Below, piece after piece: positions 47,873 to 58,200 of a DNA stretch of 64,000 nt. The stretch covers positions 64,001 to 128,000 of the IMG/VR virus record IMGVR_UViG_3300035698_018280; one strand, given 5' to 3'. The stretch's first letter is position 1; the number at the start of each line of letters is the position of its first letter. This stretch comes from a virus. A model generated the notes under the pieces. It saw nothing but the letters and a program-made list of their open reading frames with translations. It was not told where the DNA came from and did no database searches. The position numbers were made by a program, and so were the translations under genes.

Positions 47873-50800
47873 TGTTCAATGCCCTAACATCATTAATCTT
47901 GCTGAACAGTCCGCCGCCAATCTGGAATACAACGTTTCCGAATGAGTCAAGCTTGACAACTCTTCCTGAATTAGAAACAAAACTCGTCTCCGCAACAACG
48001 TAATTACCGTTATCATCAACAACCGCATCGGAAGCATATGACCCATCTGGCGTATCGTACTGAAAGCTAATCGCCTTTGTAGTCCTATCGACCACAATGA
48101 CCTTCCCTCTAAACTGCCGCAATTTACGAGCCGCCTGCTCTTCAAACGTCTCTTCGCCTTCGCCGCCTTCGGGCTCTGTAAGCGTATCATCATTCTGTAT
48201 AATACCTGCAATCAATAAATTGTCATCATCGATTTCGTAAACAGAACCGAGACTGAAATCAGAAAATTTGATAGCATCGTAATTGAATCCAATTTCCTCG
48301 GTCTCATGATTGACCTCAATAATACTCGCTTGTTCGGTGCTATCATCGCCCTCGCCAGTATCTCCTTCAGCCAAAATAACCAAAAGTAATTGATTTTGAG
48401 TGCTAGAAATAACTTCTTGAGTATTGATATCTCTGTATTCTGCAATAAATGTCAGAATCCATTCTCCAACAACATCTTCTGCTGGTGAAGAAATATTGAT
48501 TGTTGCCTGGTTGCCTGGCGGTGGAGCAGAAAAAGAAACATACTGCTGAACTTGCGTAGGAACCTGAGATTGCCATTGAACAAAGAAGCCATCATCAGGA
48601 GCGTCTACTTCAACTTGGATGCTCGCATCAGAACCAACATTGACTTCTAGTCTTGTTTGTGATCCCGTCTCGCTTCCTTCATCTAAGAAAATACTAGAGT
48701 TGCCAATAATCCAATTGCCATTATCAAGGAAGTTTCCAAAAACTGGTCTCTGTATACCATCAATGAAAACAAAATCTCCTATAAAGACTTCTAGCCCCTG
48801 TATCCCTGTAAGCTCTTGGGCGCTCTGCGTAAGACTGAACTCCGCAGGGAATGAACCAGGACGATACTGAATAGTCACATCGCTCTGCGTATCTCTTAAT
48901 TGAGCAATCTTATCCGTCGAAAGCTTGATTTCAAGAATTCTCTTAGTCTTCGTTGGCTCAAGAACTTCATCATTCGCTCCTAAATCAACTGCGGAACCGC
49001 CGATCCATAAACGAACATTCCCTATCTGTAAATCATCGCCATCAACTTCTTGAGAGAATGTTGTAGAAAGAATACCTGTTCTAGGATTATAAACAGAAGT
49101 TAAAGGATAGAAGAAGTTCTCATCTGATATATTGTGGCTTCCTATTCCCTTGATCAATGTTCCATCTGGATTGACTTCAAACAATCTATCATTGTCTAAA
49201 TCTGCGATAACAAAACTGCGATCTTCCTGCCTGTAGGCTGAGAATGCAAATTTGAATCCCCTCTGTCCTTGGTTAGGAAAGAAATTGAATGCCTGCTTTG
49301 GAGATAAAAGGAAGCTTGGCCCCTGAAAGCCGACCACTGCAACGTTGTCAGTATCAATCTCGGTTATAACATTCTTGAATGAGTAATAGATATTGCCAAC
49401 TGGTACCGGATCTGATATAGAAAGAAATGATGTCAAAGCATTGTCATCGAACTTGCGAGTTGTATTTATATAGCTGCCTCTATCAAATGTTTCTGCATCA
49501 GATATCGTAAATCCAACTTCTTCAGAGTCTATGATAAGTTGAAGCTCTAAAAAATCCAAAACAGGAGTCGCATTTCTTGCCTCATTAGAAAAGAACATAA
49601 CATCTATTTCAATGTCCGAACCGTCTATCGAGAAAACATCCCCCGAGTTAAGAGGTGAACTGAAAACAGATCTATTCAATAGACCAGGAGAATTTGCTAT
49701 TCTTGTACGAATTCTGAGATCGGTACCGTCCGGTATCTCAGCATCAAATATAATAGAATTGAAATTGACATTTACCGCGCTAGAATATCTAAAACGTATA
49801 AAACCTTCCGGAGGATACAATGCCTGACTACGAAGAAAAATATTATCAATAAAGAATGTATGCTTAGTAACAACGTCATCCGTATAAAAAACAAGCGTCT
49901 TTATATTATTTCTTGCTGCGCCATCAATCGAAAAAGCTCTTCGCTCAAATCCATTAACATCTGGATCCGGGTTGGTCGTAATCTCATCAGGACCAAGCAG
50001 TAAAAAATCCTGAGACTTTGTTTCTGTTCCATCTTCTTCCTCATTAATAAAGTACATGAAGACCGAACCATGCGAGATCGAAAGGCTCTTAACATCAACT
50101 ATCAATTCATCGAATAAAGACCAATCTCTGTTGACATTGATTGTTTTTGTATAGACAGCCCTAAAACTTCTATCTGTTAGAAACTCTCCGCCATAAAAAC
50201 CTTCGGTTCGAAAAGAATCAGCATCATTGGAGATTACTTTAAGATTATCAGAAATAACTTGCGTTTCAGTAACGAAGCCAGGAATGTTTTGACCGCCCGC
50301 TGTCACTGACTCAAAGTTTTCAATAAACTGACTATCAGCGCCGCCTCTTGCAAGAGTAACCTGATCATTAGCAATAGTTACAAGATTTCTATCATAGGCT
50401 GTCAGGAAAGCTGTTGTTGTTTCCCAGATGATGGAGCGAATTTTTCCAATACTGGTTGGCTTTCCAGAGATACACTTGCTAACAAGATCTATATGAGACG
50501 TAGACGCATCAAAATCAATGAAGCGATTATCTGTTATTCCTGGTATAATAGTTACACCGTTAATAAATCCGTCTTCAACTAATGGATTCTCATACTTCCA
50601 TGCAGTTGTCAACTTCATAAGGTTGACAGATCCGATTTCTCCGAGAAGCTCTCTGTTGCCTGCTGTGATCGTTCTAACAAACGAATCAAGGGCAGCATGG
50701 GTTAACAGACCGTTATTGCCCAGATCGTTATGATCGAGCTTAGGAATACGTTCTGTATCAAATCGACCGCTGATAATCTTTGCCGCATCAAAGTCTTCCA

Positions 50801-51371
50801 TGCGAGCGCCGGGAAGCTGATTGCGAGTTTCTTTTTGAAGATCAATCTTAGTAGGCGAACCTCTGTGCTTATGTTTGGCAATCTCTTCTTTGATAAGTTC
50901 AATAAAACCAATCTCATCTCGGAATGAACTATCGATATTAACTATTTCATTAGAGCCAGTAGAAACTCGTCCTAATCTGACAGACCCTTCGCCAGGATTA
51001 GTTCTACTCCAAATAAATTCAACGTCTCTATCGTTTGCTGTTCCGCCTGTGAGAATAGCATAAATATCGACAGTATCATTTGAAGGAATATCCTGAACAA
51101 GTTCGGGAAGATCTGTCTCGGTTGCAAGAAGACTAATAATACCCAATCCAGGTTCTACTGTAATTGATATAGAACTTAGAGAAATGGAATCATTTGGTTC
51201 TGTTAGATTCCATCCTCTAACAACTCCGTTTCCAAATATTGTATAAAGACCGTATAGCTGCTTGTCAATAAGCAGAAATCTCTCGATCTCTTTGCGCACG
51301 TTAATAGGGAGATCCAGACGATCCCTAAAATCGAAGAAAGCCATACCGAAAAATGGTGTCTGTCCAGCCAT
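47847..51371 (-). CDS. virion tail/baseplate protein, 1174 aa, with NHL-like propeller
   Basis: TPFFGM..IDKQL..GNGVVRGW N-terminus; HKH..IDL..LPGARM..LDH segment; IADLDNDRLFEV and YVVAET..GRVVKL NHL-like blades. Confidence 0.75.
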   Translation of the reverse strand: MAGQTPFFGMAFFDFRDRLDLPINVRKEIERFLLIDKQLYGLYTIFGNGVVRGWNLTEPNDSISLSSISITVEPGLGIISLLATETDLPELVQDIPSNDTVDIYAILTGGTANDRDVEFIWSRTNPGEGSVRLGRVSTGSNEIVNIDSSFRDEIGFIELIKEEIAKHKHRGSPTKIDLQKETRNQLPGARMEDFDAAKIISGRFDTERIPKLDHNDLGNNGLLTHAALDSFVRTITAGNRELLGEIGSVNLMKLTTAWKYENPLVEDGFINGVTIIPGITDNRFIDFDASTSHIDLVSKCISGKPTSIGKIRSIIWETTTAFLTAYDRNLVTIANDQVTLARGGADSQFIENFESVTAGGQNIPGFVTETQVISDNLKVISNDADSFRTEGFYGGEFLTDRSFRAVYTKTINVNRDWSLFDELIVDVKSLSISHGSVFMYFINEEEDGTETKSQDFLLLGPDEITTNPDPDVNGFERRAFSIDGAARNNIKTLVFYTDDVVTKHTFFIDNIFLRSQALYPPEGFIRFRYSSAVNVNFNSIIFDAEIPDGTDLRIRTRIANSPGLLNRSVFSSPLNSGDVFSIDGSDIEIDVMFFSNEARNATPVLDFLELQLIIDSEEVGFTISDAETFDRGSYINTTRKFDDNALTSFLSISDPVPVGNIYYSFKNVITEIDTDNVAVVGFQGPSFLLSPKQAFNFFPNQGQRGFKFAFSAYRQEDRSFVIADLDNDRLFEVNPDGTLIKGIGSHNISDENFFYPLTSVYNPRTGILSTTFSQEVDGDDLQIGNVRLWIGGSAVDLGANDEVLEPTKTKRILEIKLSTDKIAQLRDTQSDVTIQYRPGSFPAEFSLTQSAQELTGIQGLEVFIGDFVFIDGIQRPVFGNFLDNGNWIIGNSSIFLDEGSETGSQTRLEVNVGSDASIQVEVDAPDDGFFVQWQSQVPTQVQQYVSFSAPPPGNQATINISSPAEDVVGEWILTFIAEYRDINTQEVISSTQNQLLLVILAEGDTGEGDDSTEQASIIEVNHETEEIGFNYDAIKFSDFSLGSVYEIDDDNLLIAGIIQNDDTLTEPEGGEGEETFEEQAARKLRQFRGKVIVVDRTTKAISFQYDTPDGSYASDAVVDDNGNYVVAETSFVSNSGRVVKLDSFGNVVFQIGGGLFSKINDVRALNNGHVVIST

Positions 51372-51379
51372 ACCTTACC

Positions 51380-51595
51380 TTATCGACCTGCTACAGGAGG
51401 ACCGCCAATATCAATAACATGGACACCCTGAGCGCTATATAGTTTTTTCATTTGAAAAGCGCCAAAACCTCGAAAGCCCTGTCTGCTCTCTCGAATGCTT
51501 GAACTTACTTCGACAACGGACATAGTTTGCTTAACTTTATCCTGTATTTTTACACCGGCCCCATGAGCCTTCTGTCTGTTATTAGCAATACCCAT
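51380..51595 (-). CDS. small basic hypothetical protein, 71 aa
   Basis: Strong AAGGAG SD; fills the gap between two structural genes. Confidence 0.7.
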   Translation of the reverse strand: MGIANNRQKAHGAGVKIQDKVKQTMSVVEVSSSIRESRQGFRGFGAFQMKKLYSAQGVHVIDIGGPPVAGR

Positions 51596-51628
51596 AATAT
51601 CTCCTTATGATAAAACTTATAAAATCCT

Positions 51629-54600
51629 CTATGTTCCGCCAAGGGTATCAGGCCCAATCCCGATTTCCGTTGGTGAACCCCAATCAATATTCTGTGAAGG
51701 GAAGATCCAATAGCAAGAGAATGTCTGCCACCACTGATTTGTGGCTGGATCAATTTCATTCTCTATCTCTCCTATAATCAAAACCTGCTTATCCCTCCAT
51801 CCGAGACCTTGAAAAGTAACGATATCTAATGCCTTAAGAAGGTTGTGGCCAATAGCTTTGAATTGTATTTTGACAGGAGGCAAGAATAGTTTAGTATAGT
51901 GCTTGACTATCCATTTGACATTTAACTCATCCCCATATATACCGTCCATAAGCAACAGCGTTTTAGGGTACCCAATAAAACCAGGCTTCTCATTATCAAA
52001 CAACGAATCAAAGTTCGTATGTCCAGCTAAAAGCAAAGTACCATCAGGAGTGTTTGAGATAACCCTGATTTGGTTAATAACACTATCCATATCTCTAGTA
52101 ACTGTATAGTCTCCAAAGACCTGTCTATGAATTTCAGAACCCTCACTACGGCTAAAGTCTTTTGGCGATGCAAAAAAATCAACCTTACTCAAAGCTTCCC
52201 ATTTTCTGATATTCAAATCGGGGCCAGAACCTTCTTGTCCTCCAAACAACTCTTGATCATAAGGAAGCTTCTCGTAATGAAAAACCCCCAAACGATCGAA
52301 GTAAATAATCTTACCTGCTATCTGCGCTATTTTGCGAACACCGCTCCACATATTTTCGCCATCCTTGAAACGGAACATAGGCTCATGTAGTATGTTGTAG
52401 GATCCTGGCAAAGCATATTCTGAGTTATATATGTTGTCTCCATTATGGGGAATATGAAACCATCCTGACTTGTCCGAAGAAGCCAATCTAGCAATCAATG
52501 AAGCAGGCTGAGAATTATCTACAGAGCTAATATCTCCGTTGAGTCCTCCAATATCTTTTTCTCGGTCTACACCGTCTCTAAGACCAGACATTTGAATAAT
52601 TTCATTGATCGCATTAAAATCTCTCATCTTGTCAAAAAACGGAGAATTCAAAAATACTTGTTCTTCAAGAACCTTAGTGTAATCATTGAGATCGCAAGTC
52701 ATCGTATGCTTGTTGTTCTCAATATTGATAGATGTATTAGTACATATTCCAGTGAATATAATACGATCTCGTTCGAGAGAAGGAGTTGGCATAATAGGCC
52801 TGCCCTCAACATTCGTATATCTGCTATTTTCAAATCCTATTTCGCCAGTTCTAGTAGAAGCAGGAGGACCATCTACGTTCTCACCCCACCAAACAGCTAT
52901 CTGTATAAAGAAGTTTTTATCAGCCAAGCTTCTCAAATAATTAGAATGATTAGGTCTTCCATCTTTAAAGCGACTGTCCATTCCGTCATTTACAAGAAAC
53001 GTAATTCTCCCGCCATGAGAGATATTAAGCATGTCATTTTCAGACCAACTTGTCTGTAACTTCATTATATGATGACCAACCTCAATGGCATTTGTATCAA
53101 ATGCCGGTAGTTTTGGCGGGACGAATAAGCGAAAGCCCGTCATGATTGGAGTTATGCAATCATTTAATTTCCATTGTAATTGATCATCTTCAGAACCCTC
53201 TGCATCAGGAGAAACAAACGTGTAATCACCAGGAATCATAGATATGCTGGTTTCAATGACTTTGGCAAATGGCGCGCTAGATCCTAGTCGTTTAGAACAA
53301 TCTTTAGCCGCAATAGTTATAGCAGATGCACCGTCTTTGATTTTTCTTCTTCGACGATGCTGATCCGGCGCTTTTCCAAAATCAAGAACCTGCTGAGGCA
53401 TAACCTCGATCGCATGAGTCGTTTCAAACTTATCTTCTATCCATTCTTTATATAGTTCTGCCTCTTGTGTAAATTGAACTTTTTTGCGACGAGTTCCTAT
53501 CAGAGGGTTCTTTGATACTCCTTTGTCTCGAAGAAGAAGCTGTATTTCTTCCATATCAACAGGCCCTTCAATGCTGAGCCTCTGAGGTAATGAAACACTC
53601 TCAATAGTTTTATACTGCAAAGGAGCCATATGTAATGCGACCTTAACATTCCCGCCCATAATAGCTATAGACTTAGCAGGGATTACCATAGGAACCTGCT
53701 CTTGAATAAAATTCTCTTCGCTTTCAGGCTCGTCTGTTGGTTCAGGAACTTCAGTTAGATCAGTACGAGAAATTACCCATGGAAAATCTTCATAACCACT
53801 AAAAGTAACAATAAAGCGGCCCAAGTGTTGGCGAACAGTAACTCGTAAAAATCCAGGTTCCATAAGTTTTTGAGATGAAACAAATGGATAGGTACTTAGG
53901 CGACGAAGGATCTTGCTTTTAGACTGAACAATACGAGATGAACTACCGCCGGACTTATCTCCGCTATCATCATTATCATTGCCTCCGCCTGCAGATTCAG
54001 AAACACAATCTTCTTCACCATCATCTGTTATAGCCGTAGCAGTTGTCTCGCTCTCGTCTTCGCCGCCCTGCTGCGATTCTTCTTGCTGATTAGGTTCTCT
54101 AATAAAAACTTTGCCAGCATGACAAAAAATAGGATTGTTTCTTTCAGAAAGAATAATATAGTAATTATGAAAGGCATCTTCTACGCCTATCTCTATCATG
54201 TAATAAGCCTGATCGCTAAAATCAAACTGCTTCTTTGACTCTTCGATTTTTTCGGCATCTTTACCAACTTCTACAATAGCAGTATTCTGAACCTCTCCAT
54301 CTATAGTAGATTGAGAATTGGTATCAAGAAACTCAAACCCAGTTCTCATACGAAACTTAGAACCTTTAGTAATAGAAATATCAGTTTCTAAAGCCATCTT
54401 CCTGAATTCAATCCAGAAATCTTCGCCCTGAAAAAGATTTGTTCTTTTCTTGACTCTCCAATGTATACCTGGATTTACATTCTTGTAGCTATTATCAGAA
54501 CCAACGTTAAACTCTTCATCGCTATCCAGTCCCTTTAGTTCAAGGAACTTAACAGGATCTCCTGGCGATGTTTTATTTTGCAAAAGAAAATGTCGGAAAT

Positions 54601-55249
54601 TATCATTTGTTCTTGTAGAAACAGTTCCTTCGCCAGGAACTCCCTCGGGACGAACGTTTGGAAATGCATATTCCCAACGAGGGTAGAACAATCGTTTGAA
54701 ATCTTCTTTACTATCAGCAGGAGCTTCTTTGAGTCTGGTCTGAGAGAATGTCTCGCTAATATACAGACTGCCATCATCAATCCACATATGCTGAGCAGCC
54801 TCAGCCGAAGCAAAAGCATTAGGAATAGGGTCTCCGTTGGCATCTTTGCGAAGAAAAGCTGCAACTGCATTTTCGTTATATAAATCAATAAACTCAAGAC
54901 GACTAAGCGGAATAACTCCAGTTTCTTCTTCCAACAATCTGGCTGTATTCTTTTCTTCTTCATCATTAGACTCAGGCTTAACAGTAGCAAGAAAATTGTG
55001 ACGATACTTGTATTCTGTCTTCAAGTACAAACCATCATGCCTTTGTATAGACTCAACCTTGTCGCTATAATCGCTGGGTAAAGTAGCAACTGTTTCTGGC
55101 GCAAAGACAAATGTCTCATCCTGAAGCTTTCGCTTATAGATAGGAGCATTGTGCCAAATAGTAGCTTCGCAGTTGAGTACCCCAGGAAATCCAGGAGAAC
55201 CCTTTTGAAACTTACCAGTTGTAGTTACTTTTGTTCCCTTACTACCCAT
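51629..55249 (-). CDS. probable baseplate hub/Tal-like protein with large N-terminal extension, 1206 aa
   Basis: C-terminal third has the gp27/Mu gp44-like pattern (IFTGI..MTCDLNDYTKVL..FKDGENMWSGVRKIAQ..IYFDRLGVFHY..VINQIRV..LKALDIV); second gene after the TMP. Confidence 0.6.
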   Translation of the reverse strand: MGSKGTKVTTTGKFQKGSPGFPGVLNCEATIWHNAPIYKRKLQDETFVFAPETVATLPSDYSDKVESIQRHDGLYLKTEYKYRHNFLATVKPESNDEEEKNTARLLEEETGVIPLSRLEFIDLYNENAVAAFLRKDANGDPIPNAFASAEAAQHMWIDDGSLYISETFSQTRLKEAPADSKEDFKRLFYPRWEYAFPNVRPEGVPGEGTVSTRTNDNFRHFLLQNKTSPGDPVKFLELKGLDSDEEFNVGSDNSYKNVNPGIHWRVKKRTNLFQGEDFWIEFRKMALETDISITKGSKFRMRTGFEFLDTNSQSTIDGEVQNTAIVEVGKDAEKIEESKKQFDFSDQAYYMIEIGVEDAFHNYYIILSERNNPIFCHAGKVFIREPNQQEESQQGGEDESETTATAITDDGEEDCVSESAGGGNDNDDSGDKSGGSSSRIVQSKSKILRRLSTYPFVSSQKLMEPGFLRVTVRQHLGRFIVTFSGYEDFPWVISRTDLTEVPEPTDEPESEENFIQEQVPMVIPAKSIAIMGGNVKVALHMAPLQYKTIESVSLPQRLSIEGPVDMEEIQLLLRDKGVSKNPLIGTRRKKVQFTQEAELYKEWIEDKFETTHAIEVMPQQVLDFGKAPDQHRRRRKIKDGASAITIAAKDCSKRLGSSAPFAKVIETSISMIPGDYTFVSPDAEGSEDDQLQWKLNDCITPIMTGFRLFVPPKLPAFDTNAIEVGHHIMKLQTSWSENDMLNISHGGRITFLVNDGMDSRFKDGRPNHSNYLRSLADKNFFIQIAVWWGENVDGPPASTRTGEIGFENSRYTNVEGRPIMPTPSLERDRIIFTGICTNTSINIENNKHTMTCDLNDYTKVLEEQVFLNSPFFDKMRDFNAINEIIQMSGLRDGVDREKDIGGLNGDISSVDNSQPASLIARLASSDKSGWFHIPHNGDNIYNSEYALPGSYNILHEPMFRFKDGENMWSGVRKIAQIAGKIIYFDRLGVFHYEKLPYDQELFGGQEGSGPDLNIRKWEALSKVDFFASPKDFSRSEGSEIHRQVFGDYTVTRDMDSVINQIRVISNTPDGTLLLAGHTNFDSLFDNEKPGFIGYPKTLLLMDGIYGDELNVKWIVKHYTKLFLPPVKIQFKAIGHNLLKALDIVTFQGLGWRDKQVLIIGEIENEIDPATNQWWQTFSCYWIFPSQNIDWGSPTEIGIGPDTLGGT

Positions 55250-58200
55250 TATCTAATCCTCGCCTTGGCATCTAACAAAGGCTCATTGGTTGAATAAGAA
55301 AACCCTCTAAGATCACCGTTGCTGTCCTGATAAAACATCCTCGCTAAACCGCTCGCTCCGACATACCCTCTAGCTGCAACCTGCGAAATAGACATTGTAT
55401 CATCAAAAAGAGGCAAAGAATCAGAAACATATGGAAATACTATTTGAGATGTTTTGGATAATATTGAACTTTGTATCTCTGAAGGAATAGATCCAACAAT
55501 AAATACTGGTCTAGTTGTGTCATCGTCAGGATCTACTTTTTTATGTATAATATCCTGTCCCTCCGAAAACAAAGTTGCATTGAAACTTCTAATAAACATC
55601 ATTCCATCTACTATATAGCTAAGATTCAATCTATCATTTTCATCATCTAAAGCAAAACCAAGATTGGCTATGAAACGAGGTTCTTGCACATCTATGTTTC
55701 TGTGGAAAAATACACCATCTTCAAAGACATCTCTCCAACCCTTACCAGTTGAATCACTAACTCTTGCGAACAGCTTACCATTCTCAACATAAAGAATCCT
55801 AATAGCTCGTTTTCGATCAAAGAAAGCAATAAAATCAGTTAGAGGAAATCCTTCAGAAAAGCTCTTGAAATCGCCCGAAACGGCAAACCTAGTTGCTTTT
55901 GGCATTGAAGAGCTACTAAGATCCTGATTCTCTCTCCTAATATCGCTAGCTATTTTAAGCTGCTGTGAAAGAAAACCGCTCTCATCTTCTAAATTACCAA
56001 TAATAACATCGTTTTCCTTCTTTCTAAGCTGCCTTCCTTCAATCGAGAAATGCGATAATCCGAAGTTTGCTGGCGTATCTTTTGAATATACCGCCGGACG
56101 ACGCCACGCTTTATATGCATCCTCTGATCTAAATAACTGAGGATTAATAGTTTTGTGCATCAAGCTATCATTAAGAACATAAAATAAATGAATCGTATTA
56201 GACAAATGATCTGAAATAGCAAACGGATTACGAATGGTCTCGTCGCCAGTAGTATAAACTACACCTTTATGATCAAACCATGTATCCCCCATGTCATTCG
56301 ATATCATACAGGAAATCTCAGTCATACTGCTATCAAGAGTTTCTCCACCGGACTCTGCTTGGTCCCCATAGATTCCTACATTGGCAGAACTATCTTCATA
56401 AAAAACAAAAGATTCTCCCGCAGAAGAAAAACAAATCGCTGGCGTTCCTGTATCTATTCTATTTTCTTCATACTTCTCTTCAATAATGGATGTAAATTCA
56501 ATTTTTGTAACAGAAGTATATTTCAAAATATCACCAGATATTCTTATCGTATCATCAAAATAATAACGACAATCAATACCGACATACTGCTCTTGATCAA
56601 CAGGCCCTCCAAAATAAGGAAGAGTTATGTTGTCAATAATAAATCTACTACTAGGAAATATAAACGAAACGTATCTTGAAGGTTGAGAAGAAAAACCAGA
56701 TTTTACCTTAAAAAACAATTTGATAAACTTGAGCTTCTTACCCTGAAGACCATTGATTGTTACTTCGCCTGTCTCTTCATTTTGAACGAATGTTGTCGAA
56801 CCGAGCCCGACAGATGTAAATGTTTCGTATATGTCTTCTGCGTTTTCAATGTTAAGAGCTATCTTGCCGCTCTCTTTTGTTATTTCAAGGCCCTTACTAT
56901 AGCCCGGCTGATTGCCAATAATTTTATCAAATCCAATTACATCAATGTCAGACTGAGATATGGTATCTAGTTGCTGAGTGCTATGATTAAGATCAGCGTT
57001 CGAATTATCATAAGCAAGCTTGCCTTTCTGTATATTAGATGACCAATCTTTTAGTCTATGAAAGTTTAGAGTTTCATCTTTATTGAATACCAAAAATGAT
57101 TCATGGCTTAGAGGATGGCTCTCGCAAGCAATGCCCGCTCCGAACGTAGGACGAGTCGTAACCCATACCCCCCCGTCCCTCTCAAGAGGAAGCTGAGGAC
57201 TAAATCTCTCAACATAAACCCTGGTCTTTCTCCCTAAGTCCTCAAAGAAAATAGGTGTTCTAATAAACATGTCTGCCTGCAAGGTTCCAAAAGTACAAAA
57301 ACCCTGATCATAAGTAAATATTTTATTACAATCTCTAACAAAATATGCTCCTCCCTCAATAGACGACATACGATATGGCTCAAACTTAGCGCTGCTAAGA
57401 TCAAAGTTATTCCTTTTAGGTAATCCTCGTCTTTCAAGATCAAGATTAGGAACGCCTACTCCTGTTCCTTCTATATCAGGATTAAATGGGCTAACGCTTT
57501 GTAATGCAATAGCTAGATCTCTCTGATATCCATATTTATCATTATCATAACAAGTAGAATTGACATGATCGCTAACATCAAAAACAAAGCCTCTCAATTT
57601 ACGATTGGCTCTTACAAGATCAGTTGTGTCAAGATGGCCTTCATCAGTAAAACCTGGTCCATTTTCAACAAACGTTGCTATGAAATTCTGCCACCACACC
57701 TGATCCCTAATATCATCAGCAGCTATCAATAACTCTTCAGGAATTAAAATATCCGTTGTATCGAGCGATAATATCCCTCTTGTATCTGCGAAATATATTC
57801 CTCTTATATAAGGAACGGACGCTTGAGTATCATTGATACACTCAACAATTCTCTGTCCTTCTATTAGCTCTAATCGTTGTTTATCTTTTCGTTCCTCCGG
57901 CGTTAGCTCTGGGTTACTAAGAACAGAAACGTCATTAAGCCAATCATTGATATCTGCTTGATCTTCTATATCTGGAAAATTGGATACCCCCTGGCTCTTC
58001 TTGACCTTGAAAGTATAGGGACGGAAACTCCAGGCCCTTATTCGTTCTCCGCTAATTCTTTCAACCTGGAAACCTGGAAACAAAAAGAAAAAACTTCTAA
58101 TTTCAATTGCATGTCTAATATTTCTTTTTGTCGCAGGCACATAGCTAATGTACAGGGGGTCGCCAACGGCAAGCGGCAAAATTTCGTCATCTCCCGTAGG

